A program made the translations under genes and the position numbers. The notes under the pieces are model-generated. The model ran no database searches, had not been told where the DNA came from, and saw only the letters and a program-made list of their open reading frames with translations. Below, one piece after another: positions 19,035 through 28,755 of a stretch of DNA of 64,000 bases; the stretch's first letter is position 1; each line of letters starts with the position of its first letter. This DNA comes from an uncultured Bdellovibrio sp. (GTDB taxonomy: Bacteria > Bdellovibrionota > Bdellovibrionia > Bdellovibrionales > Bdellovibrionaceae): the NCBI GenBank assembly GCA_963932905.1, contig CAWVRN010000018.1:1-64000 (forward strand), read 5' to 3'.

Positions 19035-20922
19035 TCATCAACGAACCTTCATTATCGATCGTGATGCTTACATTCTTAAGCTCGGTGCCTTTAAATTTAT
19101 TTTGCTGCAATAACGTAGGTAAATGAACGACCTGACCAGAAAGATTTTTTACTTTCACGACGCCAGACAGTTTCAATCCAGGCATAAGAACGCCAGCACC
19201 TTCGATTGATAGTTCATCTAACTCAAGAATCTTTGATCCTTTGAATGCTTTCAATACATTCGCTGCTTCTTTGTAGAAATCATCAGCCAAAGTTACTTTC
19301 GGGATAGCACCTGGGCGCTGATCCACGATTTTAAATGCATGCCCATCTACCACAAAACGATCTGAATAAAACTGCATAAAGAAATCAAATCCCGATTTGA
19401 TTGGCGCAAAATATTCCGTACGGTGGTCTTTGCCGATATTTAAAAAGTGTACTAATGGTTGGCCGTTGAACGTTTCACGATACAAACGATCCAGCTTCAA
19501 TACGACAGAACCCATAGCGCCTTCTAGCTGAACGAATGCCTTCTCGACGCCATCGGCGCCTTTTTGTTTTTTCGTGTTCGTGATCAAATCTGGCGCGATT
19601 AATTCTAGCAAGCGCTCGTTACCACCAACAGCCTTTGCCAACATCGCCAATTTTGGCTGAAGAGCATTATAGTTAACTAGAACCATGTTCGTATTGAACA
19701 TCGCTTTACTATCATTAGGACGCAGACCCAACGCCGCAAATAACTCCATTTGCTCCGTGTGGCCTTTCTTTACGGCTGTTTCTGCTTGAGCTTTTTCAAC
19801 GATGGTTACGTACTCTTGGCCTTTAGAGTTAAACCCGATAGCAATTTGACCGCCTTGTTTATCTAACGCTGTCTTTTCGGTCGTTACCATCACTAACGGT
19901 AACTGGTCTTTAGCCATCCAGCCTACAATGTCAGAACTTGGTGTGCTCATTAAGTCTTCACCGTTACCGATAACACCGATTAACGATTCACCTTTTTTTG
20001 TTTTAGGAAGTTTGTTGTTCAAGGTCGCGTATACTGCCTCGATTGCAAACAAACCGTGCCCGGCAGGTGCTAATCTTTCTTTAGTTAAAGATCCTGATTC
20101 ACCAATCGTTGGAATGTGGAATTGTACCGTTGGACCAGAACGAACTTCACCTTTCTCCGCCGCTACATCAGAAAGAGTTTTTCCGTCAAGTAGGGAACTG
20201 CGTTTAGACCAAGTCGTTTCGATACTGGCTTGTGTTTCATTACTGACAACATCGTGGAAGATCACTTGTTTGTATTTATCGGATTGAGCTAGCAACTGCA
20301 AAATTTGAAGTTCCGCAATATTTAAAATGTGAACTTGCCCATCGATTTCAACTTCGGCATGTAAATCCGTACCTTTTGAACCGATTTTTACAGAACCAGT
20401 TTTCCCAAGCTTTTGATAAATTTCTTTTAAGAATTCAACACGCACGATACCAGATCCAGTACCGGCCATTAGTTTTTTCACCCAGAATTTAACTTCCGGA
20501 GTCGCAGCCTCATAGTCCGCTTTCTTTGCCGCGATACTTGCATAGTCAGTGACAGGAACTGATTTCATTAACGACTTACTTGCGATTGCGGTTGGAACTA
20601 CCATGGTGGTCTTGCCAACCGCCTGTTCTAGATTTCCATGATCAGCAATAACAATCGTTGAATCATTTTTAACCGAACGCTTCGATTCACCATAAGCACC
20701 CATCAACACTTGCAGGTATTTAAAATTAATGTCGTCTAATCCCAATGACTTTTGAATCTTCGATAAAGTTTCAGGGCCGACCGCACCAGCCGGCTGCGAT
20801 AAAATTTGAGTTGTGACTCTTAGATCACCGTTCCCGTATACGTAAAGGCATTCTAATTTGCTAGCTAAGGCTGTTTGGAAAGCAAATACTGAAATAACGG
20901 CTATGCTGGAAATTCGAAACAT
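19018..20922 (-). CDS. UTP--glucose-1-phosphate uridylyltransferase family (eukaryote-type UDPGP) with N-terminal signal peptide
   Basis: KLMAGTGS, PAGHG, KTALDKQGG, EKAQ, FNTN, QLEGAMG, FAPIK, C-terminal beta-helix-like LELDELSIEG; N-terminus MFRISSIAVISVFAFQTALA. Confidence 0.85.
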   Translation of the reverse strand: MFRISSIAVISVFAFQTALASKLECLYVYGNGDLRVTTQILSQPAGAVGPETLSKIQKSLGLDDINFKYLQVLMGAYGESKRSVKNDSTIVIADHGNLEQAVGKTTMVVPTAIASKSLMKSVPVTDYASIAAKKADYEAATPEVKFWVKKLMAGTGSGIVRVEFLKEIYQKLGKTGSVKIGSKGTDLHAEVEIDGQVHILNIAELQILQLLAQSDKYKQVIFHDVVSNETQASIETTWSKRSSLLDGKTLSDVAAEKGEVRSGPTVQFHIPTIGESGSLTKERLAPAGHGLFAIEAVYATLNNKLPKTKKGESLIGVIGNGEDLMSTPSSDIVGWMAKDQLPLVMVTTEKTALDKQGGQIAIGFNSKGQEYVTIVEKAQAETAVKKGHTEQMELFAALGLRPNDSKAMFNTNMVLVNYNALQPKLAMLAKAVGGNERLLELIAPDLITNTKKQKGADGVEKAFVQLEGAMGSVVLKLDRLYRETFNGQPLVHFLNIGKDHRTEYFAPIKSGFDFFMQFYSDRFVVDGHAFKIVDQRPGAIPKVTLADDFYKEAANVLKAFKGSKILELDELSIEGAGVLMPGLKLSGVVKVKNLSGQVVHLPTLLQQNKFKGTELKNVSITIDNEGSLMITAAR

Positions 20923-20973
20923 CTTTTACCTCTCTATGGAGGTTAAGATAATGTAAAATTGTAATTTTTCACC

Positions 20974-20990
20974 TGTACTAATTTTTGACA
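20974..20990. promoter_or_regulatory. TGTC-N9-GACA-type palindromic site upstream of the UDPGP gene
   Basis: TGTACTAATTTTTGACA, within ACCTGT-N11-ACAGGT; related sites at 30351 and 42272. Confidence 0.45.
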
Positions 20991-21030
20991 GGTAAAATTG
21001 ACAATGCTGGTAAGCTGGAAATTACCGGTA

Positions 21031-22548
21031 CTACAGACTGAATTCTTCGTCCTGCTCGATTTGGCTCAGTACCCAGTCGAATTGACCAAGGGTCACTTTT
21101 GTTCCGCAAAACTCACAAACGCCGCTCATTTCGATTTTAAGCTGGGCTCCACATGATGGGCAGCACTCAAAATCCTGAGTTTTAGCCGTTTTCTGGTTGG
21201 CGTTGATGCCTTTAATAAAGGTCCAATATTCAGAAAATTCCACCGGACGGCGTTTGTTTCCGCGGATCAGGTTACCCTCTTTATCCACAGTGTAATCTAT
21301 CATCTTGGCAAAGATTCTAAATGTAAAGCTGGCATAGAACTTATCTTTATACATAGAAATAGGCTCTAGGTAGTCGACTTTTGGGTTCAGAATATAGTTA
21401 GTCTGGTTGTTGCGTTTAAAGTCTTCAATCCAAAACATGTGCGAGTGAAACAAAGTATCCGTTTCATACGGGCGAGCTAAGTTCCAATTTTTTTCCGACC
21501 ACGCTTTTTGTAACTCCAGAAATATTTTCTCTGCACGAGTTTGTAAATGCTGATACTCATTTTTCAGAACGATATCGGTTGAAATCAAGGAATCGATACT
21601 TCGGTCTTTAATCGTAGGCAGCTGAACGCCGTAATCCACTAGATTTGCAACGCCCATGCTACCTTCAATTGATGAAGTTTCTTTCAACACTTCTTTCGTC
21701 GACATGATACCAAAAACAAACCAAACGAATCGGCCATTTTTATTGGATTGATTACAGCTTTTGCAAACGCCTGAAATAGTCTCTGTGATGGGTGCACCAC
21801 AATTAGGGCACATAGATGCCGACATATGCTCGGGCGCTTTGGAAAGAACCTTCGTCGATTTTTTTAGTTTCCAAGTTTCTGCTAATTTATAACGAGTGCT
21901 TTGGTTCTTGGTATCCACTTCTGTGTAATTCGCAGAAAAACCAACTTCGATCGTCATTTCATCATTTTGCGCGTTGACCGTTCCTTTAGAAATCGTGCAG
22001 TTACCGATGACAACGCCATCGACACTTTTAATTTTGGAATCCTTCACTAGATACTTAGGATCAAAAAACGCAGATAGGTTTTCTAGTTTATTAGCACCAC
22101 GGTTTTCGTGATAAGAATGATACAACGAAAAAATAAAGTCTTTGAAAATAGGAAACGAAAAATTGGGATCATATTCCTGAATCTTTTCCACATAATCACG
22201 AGTCTTATTCACTACAACCGGACGATACTCTTCGGTTCCATATGAAGAATAATAGTCTTCGTATCTATTGTTTTTGCGATAGTATAAGTACACTGTCACC
22301 ATGAAAATCAAAAGTATTGGAACGCCCACTTTGGGGTAGCGGATGATCATGCGAATAATGATTGCTAAAATATCAAATAGGAACCCGGCATCACCACCGC
22401 CGCTTCCACTAGATCGATAGCCGCCGCCAGAACTACGGGAACCACCGCCATAGGAATCACCACCGCCAACGCGTGCTTCGGCTTCTAAGAAAACCGATGT
22501 GATAAGGCCGGCAACAATAGCCAATTGGTAGTAGGAAAATTTTCTCAT
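21031..22548 (-). CDS. Tim44-like domain membrane protein with two zinc ribbons
   Basis: Gly-rich N-terminus, TM segments, DPNFS...ETWKL and LQKAW...EYWTF halves each followed by CPxCG...CxxC, ends WVLSQIEQ. Confidence 0.75.
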   Translation of the reverse strand: MRKFSYYQLAIVAGLITSVFLEAEARVGGGDSYGGGSRSSGGGYRSSGSGGGDAGFLFDILAIIIRMIIRYPKVGVPILLIFMVTVYLYYRKNNRYEDYYSSYGTEEYRPVVVNKTRDYVEKIQEYDPNFSFPIFKDFIFSLYHSYHENRGANKLENLSAFFDPKYLVKDSKIKSVDGVVIGNCTISKGTVNAQNDEMTIEVGFSANYTEVDTKNQSTRYKLAETWKLKKSTKVLSKAPEHMSASMCPNCGAPITETISGVCKSCNQSNKNGRFVWFVFGIMSTKEVLKETSSIEGSMGVANLVDYGVQLPTIKDRSIDSLISTDIVLKNEYQHLQTRAEKIFLELQKAWSEKNWNLARPYETDTLFHSHMFWIEDFKRNNQTNYILNPKVDYLEPISMYKDKFYASFTFRIFAKMIDYTVDKEGNLIRGNKRRPVEFSEYWTFIKGINANQKTAKTQDFECCPSCGAQLKIEMSGVCEFCGTKVTLGQFDWVLSQIEQDEEFSL

Positions 22549-23156
22549 TCCTCTTCTCCGCTGTACGAATGAACGATTTCGTTTTCATCGTCTTCATTTG
22601 GCCATTTAGTATGCCAGTATACACCAAAGCTGCGTATCATTGACCCGACGGATTCACCTAGGTTTTTTTCAGTAAACGCCCACTTAAAGTCGTTAGTAAA
22701 TGCTTCCAATTCTTTATCGCTCAGACGGTCTCTTACGCCTTTATCACACAACAACAAGCATTCATTTTCCCAGCGCGAGTATATAATCAACAAACCTGAT
22801 CTTTGTTTAGTATTATGAATGCCCATGTTGTGAAATTCTCTAGCTGCAAAATTCTTCAAATTTCTAATCTTATGTTTTTTAGGAATTAGAAACTTAATCA
22901 ATTCAAATTTCATCAAAACTAGATAACTCAGCGCTATCAGAAAAAACGATTCCGCTGAAATCATTTCAAATGAAAACGAATCGTTCCACAAAACGGTCGC
23001 CACCCAAAATATCTGCACAAACAGCAAAGTATAAAACCAAAAGTAACTATAGTAAGACTGACAATGTTTGCGAATCAATACCACCAATTCAACTTGAGTT
23101 TTAGATTCAAACTCTTCTACACAACGAGTAAGTATTTGCTTAGAATTCATGCTCAT
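22545..23156 (-). CDS. TPM-domain membrane protein
   Basis: EFESKTQVELVV, two TM segments, EFHNMGIHNTKQRSGLLI, DKG; ATGA overlap with the aroC stop gives start 23156. Confidence 0.75.
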   Translation of the reverse strand: MSMNSKQILTRCVEEFESKTQVELVVLIRKHCQSYYSYFWFYTLLFVQIFWVATVLWNDSFSFEMISAESFFLIALSYLVLMKFELIKFLIPKKHKIRNLKNFAAREFHNMGIHNTKQRSGLLIIYSRWENECLLLCDKGVRDRLSDKELEAFTNDFKWAFTEKNLGESVGSMIRSFGVYWHTKWPNEDDENEIVHSYSGEEE

Positions 23157-24181
23157 ATTTCTAATTTGTCCGTTTTCGACCACAACCAATGATCAAATAA
23201 AATAAACGCCGTCATAGCCTCAAGCACAGGAACTGCGCGAGGAACAATGCACGGATCGTGTCGACCCTTTTTAGCCACATCCAAAATCGACGATGTCGGC
23301 TTAAAATAAACTCTAAATCGAATAGTCTGTCCGGTTGAAATACCACCCTGAATGCCGCCATATTGATTCGTGGTGGTGGTTGTATGAAATTCCGTACCCG
23401 GTTTCTCTATACTTTCAAAACCTTCTGCGAAATCTACACCTAACGTTGCGCCAAGACTCATAGCTGCGGCGGCAATATCAGATTTCAATTTATGAAATAC
23501 GGGTTGTCCCAATGATTCCAAAGGATTCTTCACAACAATTTCAGCGATGCCGCCGTATGATTCGCCTTTGGCTTTGGCTGATTCTAACTTTTTAGTAATA
23601 AACTTGTCGTCCTTGTAAGGAAAACGGCCGGGCATTTTATCAATTTTCGCACGGTTTGATTTGGCAGCAATTTCTTCATCGCACGACCATTCGCCCACTT
23701 TGCTAACCCAGCCAATGATTTCCGTTTTAGGAGCAATTTTCTTTAAAGCTTGTTCACATAAGGCGCCCGCGATCACTCGCGAAAGTGTTTCACGACCAGA
23801 AGACCTACCACCACCGCGATGATCGATATATCCAAATTTATTCTTCCAGACTGTTTCCGCATGACCGTGGCGAGGCTCTTCTTTAATTTTTTCGTAATCT
23901 TCACTACGAGCATTCTGATTGTGTACAAGCCCGCAGATCGGGGTACCCAAAGTTTTGCCTTCAAAGATACCGCTGACAATTTCAAGTTTATCGGTTTCTT
24001 TACGCGCGGAAACCCATGCGGACGTTCCCGGCTTTCTTCGATCTAAATAATTTTGAAGCTCGGCCACATCCACTGTCAAGCCAGCAGGAAATCCATCGAT
24101 AAGGGTACCCATCGCACGACCGTGGCTTTCACCAAAGGTATGCATCTTTATGCGATTTCCAAAACTATTTGCGCTCATCAA
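23153..24181 (-). CDS. aroC: Chorismate synthase
   Basis: TFGESHG, RGGGRSSGRET, GGIQGGISTG, FKPTSSI, GRHDPCIVPRA. Confidence 0.97.
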   Translation of the reverse strand: MMSANSFGNRIKMHTFGESHGRAMGTLIDGFPAGLTVDVAELQNYLDRRKPGTSAWVSARKETDKLEIVSGIFEGKTLGTPICGLVHNQNARSEDYEKIKEEPRHGHAETVWKNKFGYIDHRGGGRSSGRETLSRVIAGALCEQALKKIAPKTEIIGWVSKVGEWSCDEEIAAKSNRAKIDKMPGRFPYKDDKFITKKLESAKAKGESYGGIAEIVVKNPLESLGQPVFHKLKSDIAAAAMSLGATLGVDFAEGFESIEKPGTEFHTTTTTNQYGGIQGGISTGQTIRFRVYFKPTSSILDVAKKGRHDPCIVPRAVPVLEAMTAFILFDHWLWSKTDKLEI

Positions 24182-26018
24182 ACTGACTCCAAAATAATTG
24201 CTGACCGCGGCCTTGCTCTTTGAACATTTCTAATCCCGAAAAATACGGAATGTTATGTTGCTTAGCTAGCTCAAGTCCCATCGAATTACCACCATAGCTT
24301 AAATCGAAAATGGATCTAATAGTACAGTTTTTTGGAACTTGAGTCAGAAGACTGCGCGGAGCCGCCCAGATTAATATATCGATGTCTTTCATTCCTTTTG
24401 GCAACTTGCCATCACGCGAAGCAACTAAATGAACATGAGGCACTTCGCTCTTAATGGCGGGAACGACGCCGCCGCCTCCCCACAATACGACGTTCAATTT
24501 CGGCAGGCCCTTTTTAAAAATTTCGCTCGAAATTTGAGTCAAAGTTTTTAATAAGCCCATAGTATCTGTGTTCGCAATGTGAGCCTTTCCAATATTTTCA
24601 AGGTACAGAGTGTTTACCGATTTAATTTTAATTTCTGAACTCGATCGCGGTTGATAGCGACGATAAGCCGCTTCCTTAAACGGTGCCGTAATAGACGCTG
24701 CCTTTAGACCAATTTCTTCTAAGAAACCCAAAGCATCGTCAAATTCCTTTTCTTCGATTTTTATTCGATAGTACGGCATATTCCTTTTCTTCATATATTC
24801 ATAATGCAGAACAGGAGAATAGCTGTGATGAATAGGATTACCAATAACCGCCGCGAAATGAGTAAAGCTATCGTTGTGTAAAAATGTATCTAGTAAAGTC
24901 GGTTGATCAGGCACCGTCGAAAAACCATCATTTACAAAATTTAAAACTTGCTTTGATAACATGAAATGGCGAAACCATTGCCAGTCGCTGTTCTTGCTAG
25001 ATTCATCACTGCGAGGAAAAATCAACCGGCCCGAAGGATTCATCATGTGCCAATCGTAAAGTCTTTTCAGCTCAACAAAAGACCGAATAACGGGGGAACA
25101 TTTCACAATGGCTTTTGATTTGACCTTAACCAAGCCTTCTAATGTTTTTATGTTCTCGTCCACGTCGCGACGATGGCAGGAAATGATTAATTTTTTTCGA
25201 ATCGCTGTCGAAGTCTTTGCGTTCATCTGATCCAACACAGAGACCAACTCAGAATCAACATCGATCGCATAAAACGACGGTAAAATATCTAGTAGTTCAT
25301 CCAGATCATGAACGTTATCTTTCCTAAAGGAGAGAATCATTTTCGATTTCTTACCAAAAATTTCCACCAGACGAATAATATCTTTCGCCGAGAAAAAGTC
25401 GGTACGAAGCTCAACCGTTTCAAATGATATTCGTGTGTTCACGTTATACGGATTCAAAGTCAAAATACCTTTTCTTTTTTTCGCAGTTTGGAACAAAAAT
25501 TCTTTAAAAAGGCTTTTTTCTTGAATCAATATACCCTTTTTAGGCAAAGTTTTAGTATCTAAAAGAGAAATCCCTTCCGGCATATCATAAATGAAATCTG
25601 CTTTTTCAAAATATTTACGATTTCTTTTTTCAAATCGGGATAGATAGTCATCTAGGGGGCTTAGTTTAGGATCTAGTGCCGGGCGGTTCAAAAAAATACG
25701 CCCATCTGCATCTGTCGGTCGACGTACCCAAACGCAAATCACGTCCTCTGGTAGATTTTCTAAATTAAATCCAGCGCCTAAGGATACGACGACATCTTTC
25801 TTATTTAGGATCAGGCGAGCCTGTTCAACCTCTTTGGAACGAAAATACTCCTCACCAAATGTTTCAAAAATTTTGTAGACAGGGTTGGCTAATTTTTCCG
25901 CAATAACCGAATCTAAATCAAAATACTGAAACTGTGGAAAGTACGATTTCAATCGTTCAAGCAACTCCGATTTGCCTACACCACGGTGGCCAATCAGAAC
26001 TATTTTAATCCCCGTCAT
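24165..26018 (-). CDS. Trifunctional shikimate kinase / type I dehydroquinase / shikimate dehydrogenase (AroK-AroD-AroE fusion)
   Basis: GHRGVGKS, DLD, GEEYFR (AroK); ELRTD, ISCH, IVK (AroD); GNPIHHSYSP, TAPFK, SVNT, NTD, GLEMFKEQ (AroE). Confidence 0.85.
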   Translation of the reverse strand: MTGIKIVLIGHRGVGKSELLERLKSYFPQFQYFDLDSVIAEKLANPVYKIFETFGEEYFRSKEVEQARLILNKKDVVVSLGAGFNLENLPEDVICVWVRRPTDADGRIFLNRPALDPKLSPLDDYLSRFEKRNRKYFEKADFIYDMPEGISLLDTKTLPKKGILIQEKSLFKEFLFQTAKKRKGILTLNPYNVNTRISFETVELRTDFFSAKDIIRLVEIFGKKSKMILSFRKDNVHDLDELLDILPSFYAIDVDSELVSVLDQMNAKTSTAIRKKLIISCHRRDVDENIKTLEGLVKVKSKAIVKCSPVIRSFVELKRLYDWHMMNPSGRLIFPRSDESSKNSDWQWFRHFMLSKQVLNFVNDGFSTVPDQPTLLDTFLHNDSFTHFAAVIGNPIHHSYSPVLHYEYMKKRNMPYYRIKIEEKEFDDALGFLEEIGLKAASITAPFKEAAYRRYQPRSSSEIKIKSVNTLYLENIGKAHIANTDTMGLLKTLTQISSEIFKKGLPKLNVVLWGGGGVVPAIKSEVPHVHLVASRDGKLPKGMKDIDILIWAAPRSLLTQVPKNCTIRSIFDLSYGGNSMGLELAKQHNIPYFSGLEMFKEQGRGQQLFWSQFDERK

Positions 26019-27225
26019 TTTCTAATCCTAAAATATTCCAAAATTGCGGGAAACTTTTATTAACCACGTGGCGATGAGCCAAGTCGACTTCAAATCCAGC
26101 AAAACCAAATAAAGCAGCAGCGAAAGCCATGCGATGATCATTGTCTGGGTCAAACGCAAATTTCTTTGGCTCAATTCGCTCGTTGCCTTCGATAATCATT
26201 CCATCAGCTAATGGACTGGCTTGGACACCAGCTAATGTAAGAAGCTCATAAGTTTTCGCAATACGATTTGATTCTTTGTTAACTAAATGAGGTGCGCCAT
26301 ATAGTTTATGCATCCCAGGACAAAAGCTTAGAAAAGCCGCCAGAACAGGAAACAAATCAGGACAATTCTTCAAATTCACTTCTGCAAATTTTGGTAGGTC
26401 CTGCTTTGAAATGCTAAAACCCTTGGAATCCAATTTATAGTTGATACCCCAATCCTTGAAAAAATTCAAAAATTGAAAATCAGGCTGACCAAATTTATTT
26501 GTACATGGTTTTACCTTCAATTCGCCAAACAGCAAAGCAAAACAGGTTAACGTAAATAATGAACTGGCGTCTACTTCTGCATCTAGCTTCTTCACTTTCA
26601 CGCGCTGATGGGCCGGTATCTTTAACTGGGTGCCTTGTGTATTGATCTTCATGCCCAATCGTTGGCAAACATTCTGAGTTAAATCTAAAAATGATTTAGA
26701 AGCGACTTCTTTGCCCAAATCAATTGTAAAATCGTGATCTAAATTCCAACAATTGGCTAAAATTGCAGAAGCAAACTGACTACTTAAATCGGACTTCACA
26801 TTAACTAAAGAAATATTCTTCCAACCTAACGAAGTCACACTCAATCCATTCGGAATCGAAGTCACTAGTGTTCCTATATGCTCAAGCGCGCGATACAAAT
26901 CTCTTTGCGGGCGCTCTAATAGTTTTGCATGAGCCCGTACGATATAGCGACCCGGTTGACGACTTAAACGTGCAAGAAAAAATCTGAACGTGGTTCCGCC
27001 AGAACCAAGATCAAATTCGTACAAACCTTGCTCTAAGTCCCTTAAGGCTTGCTGAAGATACAGGACATCTTCGGCTTGTGATGCAAAATTTAGTTTCAAA
27101 TTTTTATAGTGAGATTGAACAATAAGTAAACGATTGACGATCGATTTTGAGTCATCAATCTCGCCTTGATATTTAAACTGATCGGACCTAAACCGCAATA
27201 TGCTGGCGCTCACGGCGTGATCCAA
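26005..27225 (-). CDS. aroA: EPSP synthase
   Basis: SKSIVNR, GSGGTTFRF, SSQF, KESNR, DHRMAFA, KSFPQFW. Confidence 0.93.
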   Translation of the reverse strand: MDHAVSASILRFRSDQFKYQGEIDDSKSIVNRLLIVQSHYKNLKLNFASQAEDVLYLQQALRDLEQGLYEFDLGSGGTTFRFFLARLSRQPGRYIVRAHAKLLERPQRDLYRALEHIGTLVTSIPNGLSVTSLGWKNISLVNVKSDLSSQFASAILANCWNLDHDFTIDLGKEVASKSFLDLTQNVCQRLGMKINTQGTQLKIPAHQRVKVKKLDAEVDASSLFTLTCFALLFGELKVKPCTNKFGQPDFQFLNFFKDWGINYKLDSKGFSISKQDLPKFAEVNLKNCPDLFPVLAAFLSFCPGMHKLYGAPHLVNKESNRIAKTYELLTLAGVQASPLADGMIIEGNERIEPKKFAFDPDNDHRMAFAAALFGFAGFEVDLAHRHVVNKSFPQFWNILGLENDGD

Positions 27226-28282
27226 TCATTTTCTTTTGTCGTTGATATTCTTTTACGATTTGATCGACAGTCACCGATTCAATTTTTAGTTTTCCGACCC
27301 TATCTGGAAATACGTAACGAACGAATTGATTTTCTTTCTTTTTGTCCGCAGCCAAAGTTTTAGTCACCACATTCACAGATAGCGAAAACAATTCCTCTGT
27401 ATAAAACAATCCCAAAACACCGCGGACGACCTCGGAACTAAAAAATACTTCAAGATCTCTATCTACTTTGTAACCTCGAACTGAAGCCCAAAGAAAATCA
27501 AAATATATTCCCAACAGCACCGCAATACCATGGTGAATATTTAATTTGGCTTCCCAAACATGGGCTATCGTGTGTCCAAAATTTAAAAGGTAGCGGATAC
27601 CCTTAGTTTCAAACGGATCTTTTTTAACGATGCTGTACTTGGCATCGATAGCCGCTGGCAGGTATGAAAAAAGATCTAAACTTGATAAGCGTTCCTTTGC
27701 TACTTGATGAAAAAATTTTGGTGAATGAATATAAGCAATTTTAATTAGTTCACCAAAACCTTCTACAGTTCTATCTATTGGCTGCTGGTTTAATAACGCC
27801 TTCACCAAAATTACCTTTTGGGGTGAATAAATTGTGCCTAATTGATTCTTAATATCTTTGAAATTGATTCCATTCTTGCCGCCATGGGAACTATCCATCG
27901 CGGACAACCATGTCGAAGGGACTAAAATCAATGGCAGACCGCGCTTCAATATATGTGATAAAAATCCGCCGAAATCACCAAGTGTGCCGCCGCCAATAAC
28001 AACAATCTTGGTTCTCTTGTTTAGGTCGACTTTCTTATTTTTAAATACCAAGTCTAAAACATTTGATAATGTCGACATCGATTTAGTGGATTCGGCACCA
28101 TCCAAAAACACGACGAGTGATTTAGAGGCTTTAAAACCAGCAACTGATTTTTTCAATTTCTTATCAACAAGAATTATATTACTTTCAGCAAACAACGACC
28201 CTAGCGACTGGATAGAGTCTTCGAATATAACTTCAGTGCGCTGCTCAATATAACTAGAATAAGATTTATTTTTTTTCGTCAC
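27188..28282 (-). CDS. aroB: 3-dehydroquinate synthase
   Basis: GGGTLGDFGGF, PSTWLSAMDSSHGGKNG, ELIK, LNFGHT, HGIAV, DKK. Confidence 0.93.
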   Translation of the reverse strand: MTKKNKSYSSYIEQRTEVIFEDSIQSLGSLFAESNIILVDKKLKKSVAGFKASKSLVVFLDGAESTKSMSTLSNVLDLVFKNKKVDLNKRTKIVVIGGGTLGDFGGFLSHILKRGLPLILVPSTWLSAMDSSHGGKNGINFKDIKNQLGTIYSPQKVILVKALLNQQPIDRTVEGFGELIKIAYIHSPKFFHQVAKERLSSLDLFSYLPAAIDAKYSIVKKDPFETKGIRYLLNFGHTIAHVWEAKLNIHHGIAVLLGIYFDFLWASVRGYKVDRDLEVFFSSEVVRGVLGLFYTEELFSLSVNVVTKTLAADKKKENQFVRYVFPDRVGKLKIESVTVDQIVKEYQRQKKMIGSRRERQHIAV

Positions 28283-28703
28283 TTTTGAATTCTTGTTTAG
28301 CTTTCTGGAAAGATTCTTTTAATGTCGTCATGCTATTTTGGAATCCCAGTTTAACTTGATCCCAAGCTTTGCCAGTTGAATTTTGAAGATTCTTAAAATC
28401 GGCTTTTAATTCTGAACGTCGTTTTTCCAAAAATTCGATTTGATCATTGATCTGTTTTTTAGATTCATCACTGGCAGTTTCTTTGGCTTTTTTTGCTTTA
28501 GCCTGGATGTCTTTAATTTCTTGATCGATCGCCGCTAATTGTTCTTTAAATTCTTTTTGAATTTTTTCTTTTTGTTCTTTTGAAAAATCAGAAACATCAT
28601 CAACTGTTTTATCGACCTTCTTGCCAATTTTTTCACCAGTACCTTGGTTGGCGAAAACAAAAAATGAACCGAATGCTAGGGCTAAAAAAATTAGGGATTT
28701 CAT
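28266..28703 (-). CDS. Small secreted coiled-coil protein
   Basis: Signal peptide, Lys/Glu-rich helices, AWDQVKLGF; RBS AAGGAG; overlaps the aroB start. Confidence 0.75.
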   Translation of the reverse strand: MKSLIFLALAFGSFFVFANQGTGEKIGKKVDKTVDDVSDFSKEQKEKIQKEFKEQLAAIDQEIKDIQAKAKKAKETASDESKKQINDQIEFLEKRRSELKADFKNLQNSTGKAWDQVKLGFQNSMTTLKESFQKAKQEFKSDEKK

Positions 28704-28755
28704 ATGATTACTCCTTAATAGAAGTAATCATATGACAGTTTATAGTGGGCGTCTA

